This document shows positions 9,113 through 18,332 of a stretch of DNA of 37,731 nucleotides, one piece after another. The position numbers and the translations under genes were made by a program. The stretch comes from Pseudomonadota bacterium (GTDB lineage: Bacteria > Desulfobacterota > DSM-4660 > Desulfatiglandales > Desulfatiglandaceae). The notes below the pieces were generated by a model that made no database searches, was not told where the DNA came from, and saw nothing but the letters and a program-made list of their open reading frames with translations. Positions within the stretch are counted from its first letter, which is position 1. The number at the start of each line of letters is the position of its first letter. The stretch is from NCBI GenBank assembly GCA_043809485.1, contig JBDRPB010000014.1, positions 1-37,731 on the forward strand. Reading direction: 5' to 3'.

Positions 9113-9736
9113 ATGAACAGAAAAACCTTGTTCTTCGGTTTTGGCGCTATTGTTGTCGGACTCCTTTTTGTAACATGGGGAAATTGTCTTGCCCAGGAGC
9201 CAAAAAATATCCTGAGCATTGAAGCATATGATATGCTCAACACTGTACCAGACACTTACCTCATTGATGTGAGAACAAGGGCTGAATACCAATTTGTGGG
9301 CCATCCTATCAGTGCATATCTGTTTCCTTACGTTTTTATGACCCAAGAGTTTGGTAAAAAGGATGAGCAGTACGGGTATCGATTCAACGTGAAAAACAAA
9401 GACTTTATTTCAGAGATAGGCAAAATCTTTAAGAAGACTGATAATCTGCTCATCATCTCCCGTGACGGCACGCGAAGTGCTGCCGCTGCCAAGGATCTTC
9501 TGGATGCTGGCTTTAGAAATACAATGAACGTGGAAGATGGCTTTGAAGGATCGGAATTCCCCAGCTTCACAGACAGCAATAAGCACAAATTTTATCGGCA
9601 GCTTGCAAAAAGGAATAAAATTTATGGCTTTGACCACAGACGGCACTATGGTTGGCAGTGGTGGGGGCTTCCCTGGACCTACAAGATTGACACAAAATAT
9701 ATTTATCCCCCGGATCTGAAGTTGTCCAAGCAATAG
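9113..9736 (+). CDS. Exported rhodanese-homology domain protein lacking the catalytic Cys
   Basis: Signal peptide MNRKTLFFGFGAIVVGLLFVTWGNCLAQE. Rhodanese core YLIDVRTRAEYQFVGH. The active-site loop reads IISRDGTRSAAAAKDL, where rhodaneses have C-R-x-G-x-R-S. ATG 9095 is an alternative start. Confidence 0.7.
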   Translation: MNRKTLFFGFGAIVVGLLFVTWGNCLAQEPKNILSIEAYDMLNTVPDTYLIDVRTRAEYQFVGHPISAYLFPYVFMTQEFGKKDEQYGYRFNVKNKDFISEIGKIFKKTDNLLIISRDGTRSAAAAKDLLDAGFRNTMNVEDGFEGSEFPSFTDSNKHKFYRQLAKRNKIYGFDHRRHYGWQWWGLPWTYKIDTKYIYPPDLKLSKQ

Positions 9737-9931
9737 ATGGCTTGGCTGCGGCACTTTTCTTCCCTTATATCGTTCTCCCGCATTTCCCTTGATACCGCCA
9801 ACCCAGAGTAAAACCTGGCGAAAGCACCTGAAACCAATGTAGTAATTGTTATTCTGCTGTCCTTCCTGTTGACAAAGTGACTTGGCGGTAGTAGGTTTAT
9901 TGGAAATTATTTTGCGGAAAGGAGATTTAGG

Positions 9932-10255
9932 ATGTCTGATGTATTGCAGGTGACAGATGATACCTTTGAAGAAGAAATCATGAAATCCGATATCCCGGCC
10001 ATGGTTGATTTTTGGGCGGAATGGTGCGGGCCATGCAAAATGGTATCGCCCGTGGTAGAGGAATTAGCAAAAGAGTATGAAGGCAAGATAAAAATTGCAA
10101 GCATGGATGTGGACGGGAATCGTCAAACTCCAGGGAAATTCGGGATCAGGAACATCCCGACACTCATTCTCTTCAAAGGAGGAGAAGTAGCTCAGACGAT
10201 CGTTGGTGCCCATCCCAAGAGTCACCTTGATGAAGAACTGAAAAAACTTCTCTAA
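9932..10255 (+). CDS. trxA: Thioredoxin
   Basis: 107 aa, WAEWCGPCK active site, AAGGAG SD. Confidence 0.95.
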   Translation: MSDVLQVTDDTFEEEIMKSDIPAMVDFWAEWCGPCKMVSPVVEELAKEYEGKIKIASMDVDGNRQTPGKFGIRNIPTLILFKGGEVAQTIVGAHPKSHLDEELKKLL

Positions 10256-10337
10256 GAGTGCTTGAGACCTTAAACCATTTTTTAAGTGTGCGCCCGGGCC
10301 CTGGCATACGGGAAAAGGCGGGGCTCTTTTTCTAGGA

Positions 10338-11267
10338 ATGCAGCGTGTTAATATGGAAGATCTGATTATAATAGGGGCAGGGCCTGCCGGGCTTACCGCA
10401 GGTCTTTATGCTGCAAGGGCACGCCTTAAAACCCTCCTGTTAGAGAAACTTTCTCCAGGGGGCCAAGTCCTGATGACCGATTGGGTGGAAAATTACCCAG
10501 GCTTTCCTGATGGAATCTCAGGGTTTGACCTCGTGGACAAAATGAGGCGCCAGGCCGAAAAGTTCGACCTGGTGATCGAGAATCAAGAGGTTTCCCGGCT
10601 TGAACTCTCCCCGGAAAAAAAGGTTGTGGTGACCGATAAGGGGAACCTGGAGACCAGGGCATTAATCCTGACAAGCGGTGCGACCCCCCGGAAATTGGGG
10701 ATTGAAGGTGAAGAACTTTTGACAGGCAAAGGTGTTTCCTACTGTGCCACCTGTGACGGTCCCTTTTACAGGGATCAAGAAGTGGCACTTATTGGAGGCG
10801 GAGACACGGCCGTAGAGGAAGCGATCTTTTTGACACGTTTTGCGGCAAAGGTTCATCTGATACACCGCAGAGATGAGCTGAGGGCCACCAAGTTGCTTCG
10901 AGAACGGGTTATGGCGCTGGATCAAGTAAACATTGTGTGGGATACCGTACCGACGCGTATTGTGGGTGATACCGAGGTGAAAGGGGTGGATCTAAAAAAC
11001 GTCAAAACCGGAAAAACATCCCACCTGCCTGTCCAGGGCGTGTTTGTCTTTGTCGGCTACATACCCAACACCGAACTGGTGAAAGGCCAATTGGAGCTGG
11101 ATAAGTTGGGCTTCGTGGTGACCAACAACGATATGCAAACCTCTGTACCCGGCGTTTTTGCCGCAGGGGATATCCGATCCAAGATACTGCGACAGATAGC
11201 TACGGCTGTAGGTGAAGGGGCCACAGCCGTTTTTGCCGTTGAAAGATACCTTGAGAGCCTTAAGTAA
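10338..11267 (+). CDS. trxB: Thioredoxin-disulfide reductase
   Basis: IIGAGPAGLTAG FAD motif, redox CATCDG, GGGDTAVEEA NADPH motif, GVFAAGD. The start could instead be ATG 10353. Confidence 0.9.
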   Translation: MQRVNMEDLIIIGAGPAGLTAGLYAARARLKTLLLEKLSPGGQVLMTDWVENYPGFPDGISGFDLVDKMRRQAEKFDLVIENQEVSRLELSPEKKVVVTDKGNLETRALILTSGATPRKLGIEGEELLTGKGVSYCATCDGPFYRDQEVALIGGGDTAVEEAIFLTRFAAKVHLIHRRDELRATKLLRERVMALDQVNIVWDTVPTRIVGDTEVKGVDLKNVKTGKTSHLPVQGVFVFVGYIPNTELVKGQLELDKLGFVVTNNDMQTSVPGVFAAGDIRSKILRQIATAVGEGATAVFAVERYLESLK

Positions 11268-11426
11268 TTATTTGTCACGAAAACTTTACAACCATATGGA
11301 ACTTGATAGACTATATTAAAGCGTGTGTCTTACCTCGCATATTTATTGTTACAAGTCCCGGGTTTCGAGTTGCGGGTTGGGATTTGTTTTAGCGGGGATG
11401 AAAGAAGCCAACTAAATTCACTTGTA

Positions 11427-12116
11427 ATGAATAAACCTCATGTTATAGCAGGGTGGCTCTTTGCCGGGATTTTCCTGGTTTTTTCTCTTGGCGGTTGTGC
11501 CTGGTACGACCGGTTTTTTGGGGAAGACGTAGAGAAATCCCCGGCCGAACTCATGAACGATGGCATGGAAAACATTGAGCGGGGGCGCTATTCAGCAGCA
11601 ACCGAGGCCTTTCAGAATTTAAAGGACAGGTATCCTTACAGCAAGTTCGCAATCACGGCTGAGCTCAAGATGGCCGATACCCTTTACAAAAGGGATCTTT
11701 ATGATGAGGCCTTTGCCGCTTATGATGAGTTCGAAAGACTACACCCAAAAAATTTAAATATTGCTTATGTGATCTACCAGAAGGGGATGTGCCACTTTTC
11801 ACAGGTGAGTACCATTGATAGAGACCAATCCAACACGCACGCGGCCAAAGGGCAGTTCGAGCGCCTTGTCAGGAAATTTCCCAGAACTGAGTACGCCAAC
11901 AGAGCGCGCAGGAAAATACGGCAATGTTATATTAGCCTTGCTAACTATGAATTATATGTCGGCCATTACTATTACAAAATGAAAGAATATCGGGCCGCCA
12001 TGGGTAGGTATCGATACCTTCTCGAAAACTATCCGGACCTGGGCCAATATCACGAAGCGCTTGAATATCTAAGCAAATGCAAGGATAAACTGGCAGAGAA
12101 ACAGGAGAATTCGTGA
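11427..12116 (+). CDS. bamD: Outer membrane protein assembly factor BamD (TPR lipoprotein)
   Basis: Lipobox LVFSLGGC after MNKPHVIAGWLFAGIF, followed by TPR-like repeats typical of BamD/YfiO (AFQNLKDRYPYSKFA...YVIYQKGMCHF). Start moved from the track start at 11325 to ATG 11427. Confidence 0.8.
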   Translation: MNKPHVIAGWLFAGIFLVFSLGGCAWYDRFFGEDVEKSPAELMNDGMENIERGRYSAATEAFQNLKDRYPYSKFAITAELKMADTLYKRDLYDEAFAAYDEFERLHPKNLNIAYVIYQKGMCHFSQVSTIDRDQSNTHAAKGQFERLVRKFPRTEYANRARRKIRQCYISLANYELYVGHYYYKMKEYRAAMGRYRYLLENYPDLGQYHEALEYLSKCKDKLAEKQENS

Positions 12117-12125
12117 TAGTCTAAA

Positions 12126-14783
12126 TCAAACTACACCATTTCCAATAAGGTCATACAGGCCTTCAAAGGCGTTTTCCAATTCCTCCGGCTTGCTTCCTCC
12201 ACCCTGGGCCATATCCGGCCGACCTCCTCCCTTTCCACCAACGATATTTGACAATTGCCTGATAATGTCTCCGGCCTTGAATCGATCCATCAGGTCTTTT
12301 GTGACCACACAGGTCAGCATAACTTTTCCTTCTTTTTCGGCTCCTAACAGGACAATGCCTGAGACTAACCTGTCCTTTATTCTGTCTGCTGATTCACGAA
12401 GCTCTTTCGGAGAATCGGCCTCCATTTTCCGTGCAATGACCTTGATGCCCCCGATTTCCCTGGCCTCGGAGAGAACGTCCCGGGACTTTTTGGAAAGGAG
12501 TTTCGATTTCAGGGATTGGATCTCTCTATCTTTTTCCTTATGCTCCTTTAAAAGCCGCTCAGCTCGCCCTTCCAATTGATCCGGGGCTACCTTGAGTAGC
12601 GAAGCCACAGTTCTCAGATCTCTTTCCAGCTTCTGGTCATATCCAAGGGCCGCCTCCCCGGTCAGGGCTTCGATCCGGCGCACATTGGCTGCGACCGCGC
12701 TTTCACTTATGATCCGAAAAAGCCCAATATCACCGGTACGTTTGGTGTGTATGCCGCCACACAACTCCATGCTGACACCATCCCCAATGGACACAAGCCT
12801 TACTGTTTTACCATATCGCTCTTCAAAAATGGCCATGGCCCCGGTTTTCATTGCCTCTTCTTTGGACATTTCAGTGGTATGAAGTGGCAGGTTTTCGCGG
12901 ATATGCTCGTTAACAACACGTTCGACCTCAGCTAACTTTTCCGTAGACACTTGAGTGAAATGGCTAAAATCAAAGCGAAGCCTGTCGTGTGCGACCAGAG
13001 ACCCGGCTTGTTTTACATGGTCACCCAGGATCTCCCTGAGGGCAGCATGGAGTAAGTGGGTGGCAGAGTGGTTCCGGATCGTGGCATTTCTTGTTATCTC
13101 ATCAACCTGTGCTTTCACCTCGTCACCAACGGAAAGCCTCCCAGCTTCCAGATGCCCTTTGTGAACAACGAGATCCTGGTTGAACTTGAGGGTGTCTGTG
13201 ACATGAAATCTCACTTTCCCATCTGATAGCCAGCCAATATCCCCGGCCTGCCCGCCGGCTTTGCCATAGAAAGGCGTTTGGTCCAATACTACCTCAGCCC
13301 GGCTCCCCTCATGGGCTGAGGTAGTTTCTTTTCCGTCTACCAGCAATGCAGCCACCTTGGCTTTTGAAATAAGGGTTTGATACCCTAAAAAACGACTGGT
13401 GAGGCCACGCGCCAGGAGGCCTCCATAGGCCTTTGGGATTTCTTCCTCCCCACTGCCTTTCCATGACTCCTGAGAAAGGGTCCTTTGTCTGGCCATGGCC
13501 TTTTCATAACTGGGCAGATCTACAGAGAGATTTTCATCCCGGGCCACATCCTCCACAATATCCACAGAAAGGCCATATGTATCGTAGAGTTTAAAGGCCA
13601 CGTCACCGGGAATGGTGTCTCTTCCTTTGGCCTTCAGTTTATTAATCTCTTCATTTAGGACATTCATACTGTATTGGAAGGTGTCCGCAAATCGCCTTTC
13701 TTCATTACTCACTATCCCTTCAATAAGGCCCTTTGACTGGACAATTTCCCCGTAATCCCTGCCCATCATTTCGATCACTTTGCTGCAAATGATGTGGAGA
13801 AAAGCATCTTTCAGGCCAAGGACCTGCCCGAATCGAATAGCCCTTCGGATAATGCGTCTTAAGACATAGCCCCGGCCTTCATTGGAGGGCATGATCCCGT
13901 CCCCTATCAGGAACGTGGCTGCTCGGGCATGGTCAGAAATAACGCGGAAGGATACATCCTGTTTATTGTCCTCACCATACCGTTTTTCGCAGAGGTCTTC
14001 TGTCCGGGAAATAAGGCCTCTGAACAGATCGGTATCGTAATTGGAGGTCACCCCTTGAACCACTGCTGTCAAACGCTCCAGTCCCATACCCGTGTCGATG
14101 TTCGGTTTCGGGAGTGGGGAGAGCTTGCCATCGGCACTTCTATCAAATTGTGTGAATACCAGGTTCCAGATTTCCAGGTAACGATCACAGTCGCACCCTG
14201 GCGCGCAATCCGGGCGGCCGCAGCTCAAAGACTCGCCCTGGTCAATCAATATCTCAGAGCATGGACCGCATGGACCGGTATCGCCCATGGTCCAGAAGTT
14301 GTCTTTCTCGCCCAGACGGACGATTCTCTCCGGGGGAATGCCTATCTTGCCCTCCCATATTCTGTAAGCCTCGTCATCGTCCCGGTACACGGAGACATAC
14401 AAGAGGTCTGCGGGCAATTTATAGCCTTCCGTCAAAAGTTCCCATGCCCATTCTATGGCCTCTTCCTTGAAGTAATCCCCGAAGGAAAAATTCCCAAGCA
14501 TTTCAAAGAAGGTATGGTGCCGGGGCGTGTAGCCCACATTTTCAAGATCATTGTGTTTTCCCCCTGCACGTACGCACTTCTGGGAATCAGCCGCTCTGGT
14601 GTAGCCTCTTTTCTCCTCTCCAAGAAAGAGCCTCTTAAAAGGCGCCATCCCTGAATTAATAAAAAGCAGGGAGGGATCTTCCAGCGGGACCAGTGAAGAA
14701 CTTTCTACAATCTCGTGTCCATGTGACTTGAAGTAGTCAAGAAACTTTTGTCGTATTTCTCTAAAATTCATTGTCGTATCCAT
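12126..14783 (-). CDS. alaS: Alanine--tRNA ligase
   Basis: 885 aa with an FREIRQKFLDYFKSHGHE N-terminus, class II core, HSATHLLH editing motif and C-terminal DHHA1 GGGKGGGRPDMAQGGG. ATG 14771 is an alternative start. Confidence 0.95.
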   Translation of the reverse strand: MDTTMNFREIRQKFLDYFKSHGHEIVESSSLVPLEDPSLLFINSGMAPFKRLFLGEEKRGYTRAADSQKCVRAGGKHNDLENVGYTPRHHTFFEMLGNFSFGDYFKEEAIEWAWELLTEGYKLPADLLYVSVYRDDDEAYRIWEGKIGIPPERIVRLGEKDNFWTMGDTGPCGPCSEILIDQGESLSCGRPDCAPGCDCDRYLEIWNLVFTQFDRSADGKLSPLPKPNIDTGMGLERLTAVVQGVTSNYDTDLFRGLISRTEDLCEKRYGEDNKQDVSFRVISDHARAATFLIGDGIMPSNEGRGYVLRRIIRRAIRFGQVLGLKDAFLHIICSKVIEMMGRDYGEIVQSKGLIEGIVSNEERRFADTFQYSMNVLNEEINKLKAKGRDTIPGDVAFKLYDTYGLSVDIVEDVARDENLSVDLPSYEKAMARQRTLSQESWKGSGEEEIPKAYGGLLARGLTSRFLGYQTLISKAKVAALLVDGKETTSAHEGSRAEVVLDQTPFYGKAGGQAGDIGWLSDGKVRFHVTDTLKFNQDLVVHKGHLEAGRLSVGDEVKAQVDEITRNATIRNHSATHLLHAALREILGDHVKQAGSLVAHDRLRFDFSHFTQVSTEKLAEVERVVNEHIRENLPLHTTEMSKEEAMKTGAMAIFEERYGKTVRLVSIGDGVSMELCGGIHTKRTGDIGLFRIISESAVAANVRRIEALTGEAALGYDQKLERDLRTVASLLKVAPDQLEGRAERLLKEHKEKDREIQSLKSKLLSKKSRDVLSEAREIGGIKVIARKMEADSPKELRESADRIKDRLVSGIVLLGAEKEGKVMLTCVVTKDLMDRFKAGDIIRQLSNIVGGKGGGRPDMAQGGGSKPEELENAFEGLYDLIGNGVV

Positions 14784-14788
14784 ATAAT

Positions 14789-15829
14789 TTACTTGTCGAC
14801 CTTTTTCTCCTTCTTGGTGTCAATCTCTTCCTTTATCTTTACAAGTCCCGACTTTTCTATGACAAGCTGTCTGATTTTGTCCCTGATATCTGTGTTTTCC
14901 GCCAAAAAGCGTTTAACATTTTGCCGGCCCTGACCAATCCTTTCTTCGCCAAAGGAGAACCAGGCCCCGTTTTTCTCCACAATCCCCAGGGAAACACCCA
15001 GGTCAAGGATATCACCCTCCTTGGAGATCCCGTGCCCATAAAGGAGATCAAACTCCGCTTCCTTGAACGGGGGCGCAATTTTATTTTTGACTACTTTTAC
15101 CCTGGTCCGGTTTCCCACCACCTCGTCTCCTTCTTTGATGGCTCCGATCCGCCTGATATCCAGCCGTAGCGTAGCATAGAACTTCAAGGCATTGCCGCCA
15201 GTCGTGGTTTCCGGGTTACCGAACATGACACCAATTTTCATACGTATCTGGTTAATGAATATGACACATGTTTTTGATTTGCTGATGGCTGCCGTAAGCT
15301 TCCTTAGTGCCTGGGACATGAGCCTGGCCTGCAACCCCATATGGTGGTCACCCATATCCCCCTCAATCTCAGCCCTGGGCACAAGGGCGGCTACAGAATC
15401 AACGATCAGGACATCGATGCCGCCGCTTCTCACAAGGATCTCCACAATATCAAGTGCCTGTTCGCCGGTATCAGGCTGGGATACCAACAGGCTATCCACT
15501 TCCACCCCGAGCTTCCTGGCGTAACCCACGTCAAGGGCATGCTCGGCATCCACAAAGGCCACCATCCCGCCCTTTGCCTGGGCCTCGGCAGCAATATGAA
15601 GGGCTAAAGTGGTCTTTCCTGAGGATTCGGGCCCGAAAACCTCCAAAACCCTTCCCCTTGGGACACCACCAATACCAAGCGCTATATCCAACGCGAGGGA
15701 CCCTGTAGAAATAGCAGGTATGTCGATGACCCTCTCCTCCCCCATCTTCATGATGGAACCCCTACCAAATTGTTTCTCTATCTGAGAAATGGCCTGTTCC
15801 ACGGCTCTTTCTCTATCCATACTATCCAT
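14789..15829 (-). CDS. recA: Recombinase RecA
   Basis: [32 protein letters not shown] (Walker A), and [15 protein letters not shown] and [15 protein letters not shown]. Start set at ATG 15829 (MDSMDRERA), preceded by AGGGAGG. The track start is a TTG 21 nt upstream. Confidence 0.97.
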   Translation of the reverse strand: MDSMDRERAVEQAISQIEKQFGRGSIMKMGEERVIDIPAISTGSLALDIALGIGGVPRGRVLEVFGPESSGKTTLALHIAAEAQAKGGMVAFVDAEHALDVGYARKLGVEVDSLLVSQPDTGEQALDIVEILVRSGGIDVLIVDSVAALVPRAEIEGDMGDHHMGLQARLMSQALRKLTAAISKSKTCVIFINQIRMKIGVMFGNPETTTGGNALKFYATLRLDIRRIGAIKEGDEVVGNRTRVKVVKNKIAPPFKEAEFDLLYGHGISKEGDILDLGVSLGIVEKNGAWFSFGEERIGQGRQNVKRFLAENTDIRDKIRQLVIEKSGLVKIKEEIDTKKEKKVDK

Positions 15830-15873
15830 AGGTTTTGCCTCCCTAAACAAGTGCGCTAAAGCGCCTAAAATGA

Positions 15874-15893
15874 CTAAAGTTAACTAAAGTTAA
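15874..15893. repeat. Direct 10-bp tandem repeat CTAAAGTTAA x2 in the recA upstream region
   Basis: Read directly: ctaaagttaa ctaaagttaa. Related CTAAAG/CTAAAA boxes lie at 15855 and 15866. Confidence 0.9.
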
Positions 15894-15940
15894 TGAGTCG
15901 CTTCGCTCCATCCGTTTAAAATCCACAAATTCTTCAATCC

Positions 15941-16516
15941 CTAAATTTTTCCAATCAGCGGCCATGCCTTCAACTCAGAGTATACAGCGCCGCCTGGCTT
16001 CAAGTCACTTTTAAATAAAGCCAGTTCTTTAAGGGTACACACCGGACTGGTCAGATCCTGATACTTTAACAGAAGGTCATCAAGATGGGTCCCGGGCTTC
16101 GCACCCTTCCGAAATCTTCCGATGGTCAGGTGGGGTCTAAATGGCCGCTTCTCCTGTTTGATCCCAAAGGGCTTCAGGTGCTTTTGCAATGTATCTCTGA
16201 AACAGGACATCCGGTCAAGATCCCCCTCCATGCCGGTCCACAAAACCCTCGGATTCCGTCTGCTGGAAAATACTCCGGCACCCTTGAGTGAAATAGCAAA
16301 AGGGCCATATAGCTGGCAAACCTTTTCTGCTGCCTCACCAATCGGCTCAACATGCCCCACAGGCACATTACCCATAAAAACCATAGTAAGGTGAATGTTA
16401 CCCGCCTTGACCCATCGCACATCCAGGGAAGTTTTTCTCATCTCCTGTGAAATATGAGAAAGGGTTTTTTTGATCTCAGGAGGCAGCTCAAATGCCAGGA
16501 AGGAACGGATTTCCAT
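15941..16516 (-). CDS. thpR: RNA 2',3'-cyclic phosphodiesterase (2H phosphoesterase, LigT/ThpR)
   Basis: Two H-x-T-x motifs (HLTMVF and HLTIGR) at the spacing typical of 2H-family ThpR. 191 aa. Overlaps the cinA 3' end by 29 nt. Confidence 0.85.
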   Translation of the reverse strand: MEIRSFLAFELPPEIKKTLSHISQEMRKTSLDVRWVKAGNIHLTMVFMGNVPVGHVEPIGEAAEKVCQLYGPFAISLKGAGVFSSRRNPRVLWTGMEGDLDRMSCFRDTLQKHLKPFGIKQEKRPFRPHLTIGRFRKGAKPGTHLDDLLLKYQDLTSPVCTLKELALFKSDLKPGGAVYSELKAWPLIGKI

Positions 16517-17744
16517 TTAGATACCTTCTCACCCAGTCCAGGGCCATCATTGAGGAATTCAATTTGACCTGCCCCCTGTTGCCCCAGAAGCGGTATTCCC
16601 TTGAAAAAGTTTTCCCCCTCGCTGCCAGCCCAACTTGGACTGTTCCCACTGGTTTTTGTCTGGTGCCCCCATCAGGCCCGGCAATGCCCGTAACCGCAAG
16701 GCCCAAATCCGTTTTGATCCGGTCCTTCACACCCCGGGCCATCTCCTCCACCGTCCTTTCACTGACCGCCCCGTGTGTCTCAAGTGTCCTGGGGTCTACG
16801 CGGAGAAGATCGACCTTGGATTGATTGCTGTATACAACTACCCCACCATGGAAGTAGCTGGAACTGCCCGGCACACTCGTCAGCCTGTGCCCGATCAGTC
16901 CTCCGGTACACGATTCAGCAACCGAGATGGACAGGTTTTTCTCCAGGAGTAAGTGCCCAACCACCTCTTCCATATTTTGATCGCCAGCGGCAAAGATATA
17001 GGATCCCACAAGGCGCCTTACTTCCATTTCAACTCTGTCCAGTTCTTTTGTAACTGTTGGCTCGTCCTGCCCCCGCAGGCTGATAGTAATGTGGTTCTCG
17101 GGAAAACGGGGGTAAAATCCAAAAACGATATTTCCTGTTTTCCCCTGTATCTTCTTGAAAATCTCGGCGATGCCGGGCTCATTAAGCCCGTACAACTTTA
17201 AAATCCGTTGCCTCATTATGGGAAGAGTCTTGTAGCGACTCAATATCTCAGGGAGTACAATCTTGTCCATGAGATAGCGCATTTGATCCGGCACCCCGGG
17301 CAGAAAATAAAGGTGCACCTCCTTTTCTATGAGGGAAAAGCCGCAGGCAGTGCCTTCAGGATTCAGCATCCTCGAACCTTCGGGCATCCACGCCATCTTC
17401 TCGAGAGATGACGTAATCTTGATTTTCCTTGCCCTGGCGTGATCCTTTATTTGTTTTAACATCTGTTGATCAAGGCAAAGTGGCCTGTTCAAAGCCTGGG
17501 CCACGATCTCGTTGGTTATGTCATCATCGGTGGAGCCGAGACCACCGGTTACAATTACAAAACGGGATGCCTCCACAGCCCTTTTGAGGGCATCGGAGAC
17601 CATCTTGTGGTCATCCCCTACAGATGTAATCCGGGTCACCCTCAGTCCCGAAGCCGTTAGTCTCCCTGCAGCATACCATGAATTCAGGTCAAGTGTCCTG
17701 CCGGAAGAAAGTTCATTGCCTATGGTGATAATCTCGCCGTACAT
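16488..17744 (-). CDS. cinA: CinA family protein (MoCF-binding domain plus nicotinamide-nucleotide amidohydrolase PncC domain)
   Basis: N-terminus MYGEIITIGNELSSGRTLDLNS. C-terminal half LSISVAESCTGGLIGHRLTSVPGSS...VTGIAGPDGG is typical of CinA/PncC. Confidence 0.9.
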   Translation of the reverse strand: MYGEIITIGNELSSGRTLDLNSWYAAGRLTASGLRVTRITSVGDDHKMVSDALKRAVEASRFVIVTGGLGSTDDDITNEIVAQALNRPLCLDQQMLKQIKDHARARKIKITSSLEKMAWMPEGSRMLNPEGTACGFSLIEKEVHLYFLPGVPDQMRYLMDKIVLPEILSRYKTLPIMRQRILKLYGLNEPGIAEIFKKIQGKTGNIVFGFYPRFPENHITISLRGQDEPTVTKELDRVEMEVRRLVGSYIFAAGDQNMEEVVGHLLLEKNLSISVAESCTGGLIGHRLTSVPGSSSYFHGGVVVYSNQSKVDLLRVDPRTLETHGAVSERTVEEMARGVKDRIKTDLGLAVTGIAGPDGGTRQKPVGTVQVGLAARGKTFSREYRFWGNRGQVKLNSSMMALDWVRRYLNGNPFLPGI

Positions 17745-17792
17745 CGTCTCTATCAGTATATATGGATCAAGACCTTAATGAATGCCTTCCAA

Positions 17793-18305
17793 TTATTTAA
17801 CAAAAAACAGGATCAGCCTGACACATAAATGGGCATAAATACCTGCCACCAGGTCATCCATGACGATGCCCAGGCCACCCCTGAGCTTTTCCGCCTGTTT
17901 TATGGGACAGGGCTTAAAAATATCGAAAACCCGGAACAAAACAAAGCCTAACCCTAAGGTCAACCAGGAGAGGGGCAAAAGAAACATGGTCAGTAAAAAG
18001 CCCGCTACCTCGTCAATCACCACCTCTGAAGGGTCGCCATTGCCAAGCAACTCCTGGCTCCGGTCCGAGGTCCAGATGGCGACTGCTACCACCATGGCGA
18101 TGATAAAAACGCCGGGGACGGTTCCAAGACAGGCCAGGCCAAATACGAGGGGAACAGCGCCTAATGTCCCAAAGGTTCCCGGGGCCATCGGCAGAAGGCC
18201 TGTGCCAAACCAAGTGGATAATGTTAAGGAGATCTTTCCGGAAAAATCAGCTTTCCTGAAAATGCTCCATATTGTAAATTTATCAGATTGAGATTTTGAC
18301 ATCAA
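17793..18305 (-). CDS. pgpA: Phosphatidylglycerophosphatase A
   Basis: 170-aa membrane protein with GTGLLPMAPGTFGTL, DPSEVVIDEVAG and FRVFDIFKPCP motifs. Confidence 0.85.
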   Translation of the reverse strand: MMSKSQSDKFTIWSIFRKADFSGKISLTLSTWFGTGLLPMAPGTFGTLGAVPLVFGLACLGTVPGVFIIAMVVAVAIWTSDRSQELLGNGDPSEVVIDEVAGFLLTMFLLPLSWLTLGLGFVLFRVFDIFKPCPIKQAEKLRGGLGIVMDDLVAGIYAHLCVRLILFFVK

Positions 18306-18332
18306 GCAGGTATTGGTGCGTCGGATCTATTC

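Noticed and set aside
8941-9346. Two overlapping minus-strand ORFs (104 and 133 aa)
   Set aside because: They are antisense to the rhodanese-like gene and its leader. They have no SD and an odd composition, so they are likely chance ORFs.
9460-9480. Possible recoded Sec/Cys at the rhodanese active-site position
   Set aside because: The codon is TCC (Ser) in an uninterrupted frame, and there is no TGA nearby.
11325-11426. Upstream extension of the bamD ORF (track start is a non-ATG codon at 11325)
   Set aside because: The extension precedes the signal peptide and lipobox. ATG 11427 gives a canonical lipoprotein N-terminus.
13929-14654. 241-aa plus-strand ORF, and similar long antisense ORFs (1963-2535, 3186-3665, 3550-4014, 17860-18291, 19146-19604, 22141-22584, 24988-25413)
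   Set aside because: All lie entirely inside, and antisense to, strongly supported conserved genes (alaS, VWA, MoxR, pgpA, larC, fadB-like, thiolase). None has a recognisable motif.
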